Made by a program: the position numbers and the translations under genes. Below are positions 39,218 to 47,745 of a stretch of 64,000 nucleotides of DNA, in pieces. Source of the DNA: an uncultured delta proteobacterium (GTDB taxonomy: Bacteria > Myxococcota_A > Polyangia > Polyangiales > Houyiibacteriaceae); the NCBI GenBank assembly GCA_963699755.1, contig CAVOVB010000005.1, forward strand, positions 64,001-128,000, written 5' to 3'. The notes beneath the pieces are model-generated. The model saw nothing but the letters and a program-made list of their open reading frames with translations. It was not told where the DNA came from and searched no databases. Every line of letters starts with the position of its first letter. Positions within the stretch are counted from its first letter, which is position 1.

Positions 39218-41653
39218 GTGGCCGACAAGGACTCGAGATCGCGTAAAGAACCATCCGACCTATTTCAGGTCGAGAACGCCACACCGTCGATCGCACCGGT
39301 CACCAAGATCGTGCTGCCGCCGGAGGAAGCGCTGAAGCGACGCATCCGGCGCTTCATCGCAGCAGCGATCGCGGCGCTGATCTTCTTCTTCATCGTGCAC
39401 ATGGTCCTTGGTTGGATTCACGCGGCCCGTGTGGCTTCGTCGCTCGACGAGGTCATCAGCGACGCGAGCCCAGATGTGGTCGATGGCGCGCTCGCTCTTC
39501 TCCGGGACGATCCCAACGACTCGGTGCGCGCGCGTCTGCTCGCGACTGCTGCGCTCGGCGGCGATGCCGAGAAGTTGAAAGAAGCCGAGACTCTCCTCGC
39601 GAAATCCGCGGAGCAAAATGACCCCGACCAGCGAATCGCCAAAGTGTACGCGTTCCTCGCGGAAGGAGACCCACGATCGGCCCATGCTGAAGCAGAGAGG
39701 CCGGCCAAATATTCGGACCAGGCCGATGCGTTCCTCCTTGGGCGCGCAATGACCGCGCTTGCGCGCGGCCAGTGGGCGCAGGCGCTCCCAGACGCCGAGA
39801 ACGTCGTCGACTCGCGCCCTGGCGCTCCATCGCCCATTGCTCTGCTCGCCCGCATCAAGGCACGCACCGATGGCCCAGAGGCCGCGCTTGCCGCGCTGGA
39901 CACTGCGACCAAGCAAACGGCAGAGACGAAGATCGCGCGCGCGCGAATCGTCGGATTGCTCCAGGGGAACGCCGACGAGGCGCTCGAGTTGATCGAGGAA
40001 GTTCGCAACGATGACGGTGCGTCACTGGTGAGCCAAGCTTGGGCCAACTTGATCGACGGTGTGCTCGCGTACCGGCGCGGCGCCATCGGTGAAGCATACG
40101 AACGAGCGCGCGCCGCGGCCGAACCTGAGCTGCGCGTCGATGAACCCTTACTGGTCGGGACCGCACAGCTTCTGCTCGCTCTCGGACGAACGAGCGAAGC
40201 AAAGCAAGTGCTCACGCGGCTCTCGAGCGGACCGTCTGCTGATCTGTTCACCAGAGCACACGTGATCGCTTGGTGGTACGCCCAGACTGGGGATATGCGC
40301 GCAGGCCTCGCGACACTCAGCGGAGCAGGTTTTGGCCCCGAAAAAGCAGCCGAGCCTGCATTTCGCGCGCTGGTCATCGCAGAGCTCTTGAAGGACTCCC
40401 CCCGAGCCGCCGAGCGCAGTCGGGCCGGCGCGCTCTACGAAACCGCCGCCAGCGATGCTCGGTGGGGTGTCGCTGCGTCGAGCAGGCTTGCGAGCTCGCT
40501 CATCGAACAAGGCAAGAGCGAGGAGGCGCTCGAGGTGCTCCAAGCAGGCCTCGCCGCCGCACCAAACCATCTGAGCTTGGTCGACGATGCCGCTCGGGCC
40601 TACGTCGACACCGGCCGACTCGCCGAAGCGGAGAGGTTGACGTCGAATGCGCTCGCGGCCTTCGACGGCGAAGGCTGGGCACATGGAAGCCACGCGCGCG
40701 TCTTGTTGGCAAAGGGCGATGCAGCGAGGGCCGTGGCCGAGCTCGACCGCGCCATCAAGCTGAGCCCGGGAGACTCGAGCTTGTATGCACTACGCGGTGA
40801 TGCAGCCCGCGAGGTTGGTTCGATGGACGCTGCCAAGGCCAGCTACGAGAAAGCACTCGAGCTCGATCCCGCTCGAGCACGCGCGCTGTCCGGCTTCGTG
40901 ACCCTCTTGATCGACATGGGCGACTTCACTCGAGCCGAGGAAATCATCAAACAGATGGACGATGCGAAGGTCCGGGACCTTCGCGCAGACGAGCAGCGTG
41001 TCCGTTTTCTCGTGCTCACCGGCGCCGGACAAAGCGGGATGACGACGATGCAAAGCGCGGTAGGCCGGCACGAGAGCGACGTGGCACTCCGCCTGGCCGG
41101 CGCACGCGTCGCCATGCAAGCAGAGGACTACACACGGGCGGCCAGCTACTATCAGAAAGCCAAACGCGACGGAGCAAACGCGCGCCTCGCCGAAACGGCG
41201 CTCGCGCTGTCGCAGCTCTACGGCCGCAGGACCCTGGGCGCGGAGAACTCGCTCGAACGCGCGCTCGAAGCCGTCGACGCAGAAGGAAATCGGCTGAAAG
41301 CGACGCCGCAAGTTCAAGTCTGGGAGCTGATCGTCCGAGCCCGGTTGGCGCTCGCCGACGAAAAGCGAGGCCTTGCGGTTCGCTACGCGAAGGAGGCCTT
41401 GGACGCGATGCCGGACGACGCCGACGTGCACCTGCTACACGCCGACATCGAAGAAGACCGCGAGCGCTCTCCGGAGGAGCCGCTCCGAAAGGCCGCCGCG
41501 GCTGCGGTTTCCATGCCGATCGCAGCCGGCCGGCTGGCCGCCCTCCTCGGCCCCACCCAGGAAGGCTGCGAAATGGCGGCGCGCTACCTGAAGGCCAACC
41601 GCAGCGGTAAGCTTGCAAGTCGCGCGCGCGACGTGAGCCGCCAGTGCAAGTAG
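39218..41653 (+). CDS. Membrane-anchored TPR protein
   Basis: N-terminal TM; TPR signatures (AVAELDRAIKLSP, SYEKALELDP). Confidence 0.8.
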   Translation: MADKDSRSRKEPSDLFQVENATPSIAPVTKIVLPPEEALKRRIRRFIAAAIAALIFFFIVHMVLGWIHAARVASSLDEVISDASPDVVDGALALLRDDPNDSVRARLLATAALGGDAEKLKEAETLLAKSAEQNDPDQRIAKVYAFLAEGDPRSAHAEAERPAKYSDQADAFLLGRAMTALARGQWAQALPDAENVVDSRPGAPSPIALLARIKARTDGPEAALAALDTATKQTAETKIARARIVGLLQGNADEALELIEEVRNDDGASLVSQAWANLIDGVLAYRRGAIGEAYERARAAAEPELRVDEPLLVGTAQLLLALGRTSEAKQVLTRLSSGPSADLFTRAHVIAWWYAQTGDMRAGLATLSGAGFGPEKAAEPAFRALVIAELLKDSPRAAERSRAGALYETAASDARWGVAASSRLASSLIEQGKSEEALEVLQAGLAAAPNHLSLVDDAARAYVDTGRLAEAERLTSNALAAFDGEGWAHGSHARVLLAKGDAARAVAELDRAIKLSPGDSSLYALRGDAAREVGSMDAAKASYEKALELDPARARALSGFVTLLIDMGDFTRAEEIIKQMDDAKVRDLRADEQRVRFLVLTGAGQSGMTTMQSAVGRHESDVALRLAGARVAMQAEDYTRAASYYQKAKRDGANARLAETALALSQLYGRRTLGAENSLERALEAVDAEGNRLKATPQVQVWELIVRARLALADEKRGLAVRYAKEALDAMPDDADVHLLHADIEEDRERSPEEPLRKAAAAAVSMPIAAGRLAALLGPTQEGCEMAARYLKANRSGKLASRARDVSRQCK

Positions 41654-41663
41654 CTGGCCTCGA

Positions 41664-42797
41664 TTAGTCGCCGTCGGAGAGCAGGCCGGAAACCCGCTCG
41701 ACCGCATCGATGTACTCGCTGACCATCTCTTCGATGACCTGACGGGCAGGCTTACGCGTGTTCATCTGGCCTACGACCTGGCCGACCGGAGTGCCGAGCA
41801 GGGCGTCCGACCCTTCGGCACCGGTCTGCGCAAAGCGCGTGATTCGCTGCGTTGCCTCAGCCGTGGCCATGAACTGCAGCGGCATCGGCAGGTAGCCCGG
41901 GCATTCCGGATCCTCGTCCCAGGCGCGCGTGTAGGCGGTCTTGAGTTGTCGTGCCGGCTTCCCGCTGATGCAGCGCGAACGAACCGTCTGAGTGGAATCG
42001 GCGACGAGCAGCTTGTCGACGAGTGAAGGAATCGAGTCGGATTCCTCGGTGGTGAGCCAGATCGAGCCCGTCCAAACCCCTGCAGCGCCCATCGCCATGG
42101 CGGCAGCCATCTGACGGCCTGAGCCTATGCCGCCCGCGGCGAGCACGGGCGTGGGGGCCACGGCATCGACGACCTGTGGCAAGAGCACCATCGTACCGAT
42201 CTCGCCGGTATGACCACCCGCCTCGTAGCCGGACGCGATCACGATGTCGACGCCGGCGGTCTTTTGCTTGATCGCCTGACGCACGGTGCCGCAGAGCGCA
42301 GCGACGAGCACACCCTTGTCGTGCGCTTGGCTGATGATGTCTTCGGGGGGTGGCCCGAGCGCGTTGGCAATGAGCGCGATCGGGTGCTTCATCGCCACCT
42401 CGAAGTGCGCGCGGCCGCCAGAGGCCGACCAGCCGAGCAGGCCTTCGATCTCCTCGACGTCATCGGGGAGCGGGGGCACCCCATTGCGATCGAGCAGATC
42501 GTTGATCCACTTGCGGTGCGCCGGCGTGATCATCTGGTCGAGCTGCTCTTTGGTGATGTCGCCCTGGTCCTTGCCGATGTACTTGGCGGGGATGACGGTG
42601 TCGACGCCGTAGGGCTTGCCGTCCACGTGCTCGTCGATCCACTTCAGCTCGAGCTCGAGCTGCTCGGGGCTGTATGCCACGGCACCCAAGACCCCGAGCC
42701 CGCCAGCCCGGCTCACCGCCGCCACCACGTCGCGACAATGGCTAAATGCGAAGATCGGAAACTCGATCCCCAGCCGCTCACAGATCTCAGTCTTCAT
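41664..42797 (-). CDS. Nitronate monooxygenase / 2-nitropropane dioxygenase family flavoprotein
   Basis: VAAVSRAGGLGVLG, GYEAGGH, VLAAGGIGSG, GVWTGS. Confidence 0.88.
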   Translation of the reverse strand: MKTEICERLGIEFPIFAFSHCRDVVAAVSRAGGLGVLGAVAYSPEQLELELKWIDEHVDGKPYGVDTVIPAKYIGKDQGDITKEQLDQMITPAHRKWINDLLDRNGVPPLPDDVEEIEGLLGWSASGGRAHFEVAMKHPIALIANALGPPPEDIISQAHDKGVLVAALCGTVRQAIKQKTAGVDIVIASGYEAGGHTGEIGTMVLLPQVVDAVAPTPVLAAGGIGSGRQMAAAMAMGAAGVWTGSIWLTTEESDSIPSLVDKLLVADSTQTVRSRCISGKPARQLKTAYTRAWDEDPECPGYLPMPLQFMATAEATQRITRFAQTGAEGSDALLGTPVGQVVGQMNTRKPARQVIEEMVSEYIDAVERVSGLLSDGD

Positions 42798-42950
42798 GCA
42801 AACACCCGATAGAAAGCCACCCTAGGAAATGGGGACCATCCCTTCTTCCCAGGGCTCGAAAGGAGGAATAGAACGTGTTCTATTTTGCCGGAAGGGCAGC
42901 GGATCGTCAACGGCAAAAACCGACGGGTGTGGAAGGCCTCGTTTCCTCAT

Positions 42951-44180
42951 CTATTCGACGCTGCTGTCGACCAGGTCGTTCCAAGCCTCGGTGCCGTCGA
43001 TCATGGCGGTGAACCATTCGAGCACGGTCACGCCGTCGATCTCGGTTTGGAGGCTCCCGAGCTCAGCGATCCCACCAGGGGGCGGCGGGGTTTCGCTGAG
43101 CAGGGTCGTGTGCGCGGTTCCCAGTGGAATGAACCGCTTGTATCGGTCCTCGAACAGCCCGGTCGTTCGTCCGGTTTCCGCAAGGAGTGATGTGGTGAAG
43201 TCCGCGGGATCGATCATCAAGAAGAGCGAAGAGATGACGGAATCGGCGCTGAAGCTCAGCGCGCTCATCGTGAAGTTGTCGTCCGCGGCGAGCTGCCATT
43301 CGATGAAGCGCGTCGTGTGGCCGTTGCTCGTGCAGTCTGAGCACGAGGCAGGGATGAGCGAGCCCGCGTTCCATCCGGCCAACAGCGTCTCGTTGACGAA
43401 ATCCGGATCGCCCTCCTTCGCCACACCAACGCCCGAATCATTGAAGAGCAGGACCTCGGTGTCGGGGTAGTAATAGCGGACCAGCGGCATCGCCGTCATG
43501 GTTCCGAAGGCGCCACCGCTCACACCTGTCAGGAGAATTCGGCTTGGGTTCGGGAACTCCGCACTCGCAATGTCGAGGGCAGCCGTCAGGTTTTGGAGGC
43601 CACGTTGGTAGCCCATGCTCTGGCCCGGACCGCCTCCCCCGAGGAAGCTGTTGGGCAGAACCCGATCGACATCGCCCGCAAAGAGCGAGCCGTCACAGTA
43701 GGGTAGATACACGACATCCCAGTCCGCAACCGGATTGCCCTCGAGGTCCGGGTCTAGAATCCCATCCGCGGTGAGCGAGTTCGTGGTTTCCAAGGCCGAG
43801 CAGAAGTCTGCCCAACATGCACCGCCGCCCTGCAGGAAAATCATCAGCGCATCGGAGCTCCCCTCCCGCGTGTCGACGGTGTATTCGGTGCCACGAAGGC
43901 AGAGTGGGCCCCGGGGCTCGGCTTCGAGGTCGCCTGGCACCGCAAATTGGTGGGTCTTGACGCGTGCCACGGCGTCCGGCTCGTTGGCTGGCGTGAATTC
44001 GCCGACATATTTCGTGAGCCCTTGGGCATACAGCTCATCAAAGCTGGGAGCCGCTGCGCCTCCGGATCCACCCGCACCCGTCGAACCGCCGGAACCGACA
44101 GTCGACGCGCCGTCATCTCCTCCACAGCCTCCAAGCGCAACGAGCGGGACGATAGTCAAAGACAAGAGCTTCATTCGCAT
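42951..44180 (-). CDS. Pectin acetylesterase/Notum-family lipoprotein hydrolase
   Basis: FLQGGGACW, YLPYCDGS, TGVSGGAFG. Confidence 0.82.
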   Translation of the reverse strand: MRMKLLSLTIVPLVALGGCGGDDGASTVGSGGSTGAGGSGGAAAPSFDELYAQGLTKYVGEFTPANEPDAVARVKTHQFAVPGDLEAEPRGPLCLRGTEYTVDTREGSSDALMIFLQGGGACWADFCSALETTNSLTADGILDPDLEGNPVADWDVVYLPYCDGSLFAGDVDRVLPNSFLGGGGPGQSMGYQRGLQNLTAALDIASAEFPNPSRILLTGVSGGAFGTMTAMPLVRYYYPDTEVLLFNDSGVGVAKEGDPDFVNETLLAGWNAGSLIPASCSDCTSNGHTTRFIEWQLAADDNFTMSALSFSADSVISSLFLMIDPADFTTSLLAETGRTTGLFEDRYKRFIPLGTAHTTLLSETPPPPGGIAELGSLQTEIDGVTVLEWFTAMIDGTEAWNDLVDSSVE

Positions 44181-44249
44181 CGAATCCTCCGTGATTGCCG
44201 CATCAGCGAACGGGGCGGCGGCTATTGGTAACCCGCTGCGTATCCGGGG

Positions 44250-45032
44250 TCAACGGTGCGAGCTGGAGTCTTCGACGCCCGGCATCGGCAAGACGCCGCC
44301 GACCTCGAACAGTTCGCGCGAGAAGCTCGTGCGCGACCGCACGACGGCCGGCCCGGGTTTGAGCTCGACTCGCGCGCGGGTGGCCGTGCAGATCCACTGT
44401 TCGGCGTTGACTGGCTTCTTCGTGCTGAATACCGGCTCGATCAGCCCGAGATTCGCTCCAGCCGCGGGATCCCGCGCCGAGGCGAACCGAAACGCCGCGA
44501 GCCCAGCCGCCCGCATGGCCGCGCCAAGGGGCTGCGAATCACGGTAGCTGCTCGGCGAAGAAATCTGTTCTCGGAACGCGTCAAAGGGCGCCCGCGTCAG
44601 GTCTGCCCCCTTCTTCGTCGAGACGCGAACTTGAAAGACGGTCAGTGGCCGAGTCAGCGGCTCGACATCCGCGTCGGTGCCTTCGAGAAAGAGCAACACA
44701 TAGTACGCCTTCTCCGCGAAGACGGTCGCCTGCGCCTCCGCGCAATAGAAGATGCCACGCTCACGACGCGTGCCGAAGCGCGAGCCATAGCGAAGCGGCG
44801 GATGCCGGAACGGAGTCGCCAACAAATAGTGCAGCCCGATGAAGCGGCGGCCCGATGGCCAAGGCGGCTTCGCCGTGTCGATCAGGGCTTCGAGCACCTG
44901 CTGCTCGTCGTCCGAGTCGACCAGCTTTCGCGTCGAGGTCACATGCTGGGATTCGACCGCGCGCCAAGGAGCGCCAGCTAGCCGCTGCGGCTCAAATCGT
45001 TCCGCGCATTGCGTCCAGATACTCAGCGACAT
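44250..45032 (-). CDS. RES-domain toxin
   Basis: WRAVESQ, ATPFR..GSRFG..GIFY..AE, FASARDP..GAN. Confidence 0.85.
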   Translation of the reverse strand: MSLSIWTQCAERFEPQRLAGAPWRAVESQHVTSTRKLVDSDDEQQVLEALIDTAKPPWPSGRRFIGLHYLLATPFRHPPLRYGSRFGTRRERGIFYCAEAQATVFAEKAYYVLLFLEGTDADVEPLTRPLTVFQVRVSTKKGADLTRAPFDAFREQISSPSSYRDSQPLGAAMRAAGLAAFRFASARDPAAGANLGLIEPVFSTKKPVNAEQWICTATRARVELKPGPAVVRSRTSFSRELFEVGGVLPMPGVEDSSSHR

Positions 45033-45369
45033 CGACCAGCCCCTCGATCTTCTTCATGCGGTCGAGTGGAACGCCCGCGACGTGTCGGTTCTCGGCGTGT
45101 AGCCAAGCCTTCGCATGGGCTTCGTTGCCGCCCACCAGAGCATCGAGGCTTCGAAACACGCGCAGAAACAAGAGCGCCAGCTCTCCCTCCTTGCTGCCAA
45201 GCGGAATAGGCGCGCGCTTCTGATTGCGAATGCGGGACAAGGTCGACTCGCTCGTCCCGATGATCTCCGCGAGCTCGGCAGATGAAAGCCCGAGCGCTTC
45301 GGCAGCGCGAAGCAAGGCCTTGCTCACCACGCTGGCTTCATCGGGGGCGACGGAGGCTGCAACGGACAT
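44992..45369 (-). CDS. Xre/MbcA/ParS antitoxin
   Basis: HTH LAEIIGTSESTLSR; FRSLDAL..WL..N..P..YLDAMRG; overlaps the toxin start. Confidence 0.88.
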   Translation of the reverse strand: MSVAASVAPDEASVVSKALLRAAEALGLSSAELAEIIGTSESTLSRIRNQKRAPIPLGSKEGELALLFLRVFRSLDALVGGNEAHAKAWLHAENRHVAGVPLDRMKKIEGLVDVAEYLDAMRGTI

Positions 45370-45384
45370 TCCGGTTCCTTTCAA

Positions 45385-45412
45385 TAGCAAGAATAGTGTC
45401 ACTTTCTTGCTA
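45385..45412. promoter_or_regulatory. Inverted-repeat operator upstream of the antitoxin
   Basis: TAGCAAGAA-N10-TTCTTGCTA. Confidence 0.6.
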
Positions 45413-46738
45413 GCGCAAGAGCGGAGGTGGATTGCTTACCGAGAAATCAAGTGATTTCATACAGGTACCAACCGAAACGATCCCTCCCCGGCGCCGCCCA
45501 TCTTTCAACACGAGAGAGGCTGGCATCGAATCGAGCGGCCGCTCCGCCCATGCGAGCAGCGATTCGCTACTCTCGGCGGCGAGAACGAACACGTCGTCTT
45601 CATAGACGACAGCCGTCTGCGCGCGCCCCTCCGTGTCGGCGTTGATCCGGTCGCGGACCAAGCTCGCCGTTTGATCGAAGTGAACTCTCCACACGACCGC
45701 GACCTCCGCGCCGTCGTCGTAGATTCCGAGCTCATCGCCGCGCCAGCTCAACGCCGTCGTCCATGCATCGGCCTCGGACATGCCATTGCGCCGCAAAAAG
45801 CCATACACATACCAGGCGCCAAACCGACCCCCGACCTCGGATGTTTGTCCATCCACTGGGGAAGGATGCACCACGTCTGGGAAATCGATGAGGGGTCGCG
45901 GGCCCAATAGCCCAGACATCACCTCGTAAGACGAGCTGGGTGGCGTTTCAAAAGCAAGCCCACGGCCTGGCAGGCCGTTCGCGTCCGCAACCTCGGTCAT
46001 GTAGATGAAGCCGTACGAATAGGGAAAGTAAGATGCCGTGTCGACCAGGGCTACCTCGGGATCCTCGACGAATTCTTCGAGAGCGACCCGCCTGTCCGCA
46101 TGGATCGCGGCCCAATCGATCTCGCTTGGCTGGTATCCGAGGTTCTCGTAGACCCATGCGTGCTCGGTATAGGTCGCATCTCCCTCGATCACACTTCGGG
46201 CGCCCAGCGCCTCATCGTCGGTATCCACCCCCGCCCAGACCTCGTCGAATCCGAACTGCCGCGCTTGGATCGCATGGGTGAACTCGTGCGCCATCAGGGC
46301 CTGCGCGTCCACTTCCTCGTAGTCTCGATCGACGACCGTGATCATGTCGTCGCGCCCGCTGTAGTACGCCGCGATCTTGTTGATCCGGAATTCGATCTGG
46401 GTCGCTGTCAGACTCTCCGACGCCTCCGGGAGAAAGCCCATCAAGCGAAGGCCACGGGTATACGGGTCTTCACCGGTGAGGTCCTCGAGGGCGACGCTGC
46501 TTCGCACTTCTTGTGCATGTTGCTCGACCGAAATCGTTCGAATCCGCGGACGGTCGAAGCCCCCCGCGCCGAGCATGGACGCCACAGAATCGTAGATCGT
46601 TCGCTGACAATCCCCGTTCGCAATGTCGCAGTAGAGCTCGTACGGAAGGTCGGTGCGAGTGGGGGGCGGCGTATCTTCACCACAGCCAGCCACCCCAAAC
46701 GCCGCAACAATCGCCAAAGCGGCGCAAAGGCGCGTCAT
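45410..46738 (-). CDS. Lipoprotein, putative zincin metallopeptidase
   Basis: Lipobox VAGC; AHEFTHAIQ (HExxH) + EGDA; FPY. Confidence 0.75.
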   Translation of the reverse strand: MTRLCAALAIVAAFGVAGCGEDTPPPTRTDLPYELYCDIANGDCQRTIYDSVASMLGAGGFDRPRIRTISVEQHAQEVRSSVALEDLTGEDPYTRGLRLMGFLPEASESLTATQIEFRINKIAAYYSGRDDMITVVDRDYEEVDAQALMAHEFTHAIQARQFGFDEVWAGVDTDDEALGARSVIEGDATYTEHAWVYENLGYQPSEIDWAAIHADRRVALEEFVEDPEVALVDTASYFPYSYGFIYMTEVADANGLPGRGLAFETPPSSSYEVMSGLLGPRPLIDFPDVVHPSPVDGQTSEVGGRFGAWYVYGFLRRNGMSEADAWTTALSWRGDELGIYDDGAEVAVVWRVHFDQTASLVRDRINADTEGRAQTAVVYEDDVFVLAAESSESLLAWAERPLDSMPASLVLKDGRRRGGIVSVGTCMKSLDFSVSNPPPLLR

Positions 46739-46799
46739 CGTTGGGCACCGCAGAAGAGGAAGCAGCTCATCCATTCCAGTATGAGGCGCCATCGCCGAA

Positions 46800-47735
46800 T
46801 CACAAAACGATCCGACTCGAAGCGGCGGTTCTCAACGCTTTCATGCGCTCTTCGGAGGGCGGCTCGAGCTGGGCGACGCGGTAATGCCTGCCGAGCTTGG
46901 CGTACTTGGGCTCCCCAAACCCGTGGTAGGGCAGGAGCTCATGGGCAGAAGCGCCGCCCGCCTCCTCGACGAATGCGGCGATTTCCCGAATCTCAGGCTC
47001 CGTGTCGTTGACGCCGGGGATGACCGGCGTCCGCACGACCACCTCGCAGTCGGGGAGCTCCGCGCGCAACCTTCGGAAGTTCTCGAGGATCTTCCTGTTC
47101 GAGACCCCGGTCACCCGTTCGTGCTTCTGCGGATCGATACACTTGATGTCGAAGTAGATGCGATCGGCCAGTGGCGCCGCGTCTCGCAAGGTCTTCCAGT
47201 TGCAGAGCCCCGACGTCTCGATGGCGGTGTCGATGCCACGGCCTCGCGCAGCGGTCAGAAGAGCCAGCACAAACGCACCCTGCGCCAACGGCTCGCCACC
47301 GCTTAGCGTGAGTCCGCCCCCCGACCTCGTGTAGAATGCATCGTCCTCTTCGACGATTCGTATCACTTCGTCTACGCCAACCCAGTCGCCGGATACCTCC
47401 AATGCCTTCGACGGGCAGACGTAGGCGCAGTCACCACAGCCATCGCAGCTATCCCGGTCGATCTGAAGCTCGCCCTTCTCATCCCGGCCGATCGCCCCCT
47501 CCAGACAGACCACGATGCACCGATCGCAGTCCTCGATGCTCACGCAGCGATCCGCTCCGAGCATGAGCTCGGGGGAAGCAGACTGGCCCTCGGGGTTGGA
47601 GCACCAGACGCAGGCGAGCGGGCAGCCTTTGAGAAAAACGATCGTCCGAATGCCGGGGCCATCGTGCAACGAAAACTTCTGGATGTTGAAGACCAGCCCT
47701 TTCGGTTCGCGATCGCGTTGTTCGTTCCGCGTCAT
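46800..47735 (-). CDS. Glycyl-radical enzyme activating enzyme (radical SAM + ferredoxin insert)
   Basis: HDGPGIRT..FLKGCPLACVWCSNPE, two extra CxxCxxCxxxC-type motifs, SGGEP. Confidence 0.93.
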   Translation of the reverse strand: MTRNEQRDREPKGLVFNIQKFSLHDGPGIRTIVFLKGCPLACVWCSNPEGQSASPELMLGADRCVSIEDCDRCIVVCLEGAIGRDEKGELQIDRDSCDGCGDCAYVCPSKALEVSGDWVGVDEVIRIVEEDDAFYTRSGGGLTLSGGEPLAQGAFVLALLTAARGRGIDTAIETSGLCNWKTLRDAAPLADRIYFDIKCIDPQKHERVTGVSNRKILENFRRLRAELPDCEVVVRTPVIPGVNDTEPEIREIAAFVEEAGGASAHELLPYHGFGEPKYAKLGRHYRVAQLEPPSEERMKALRTAASSRIVL

Positions 47736-47745
47736 CGTTTGCCCG

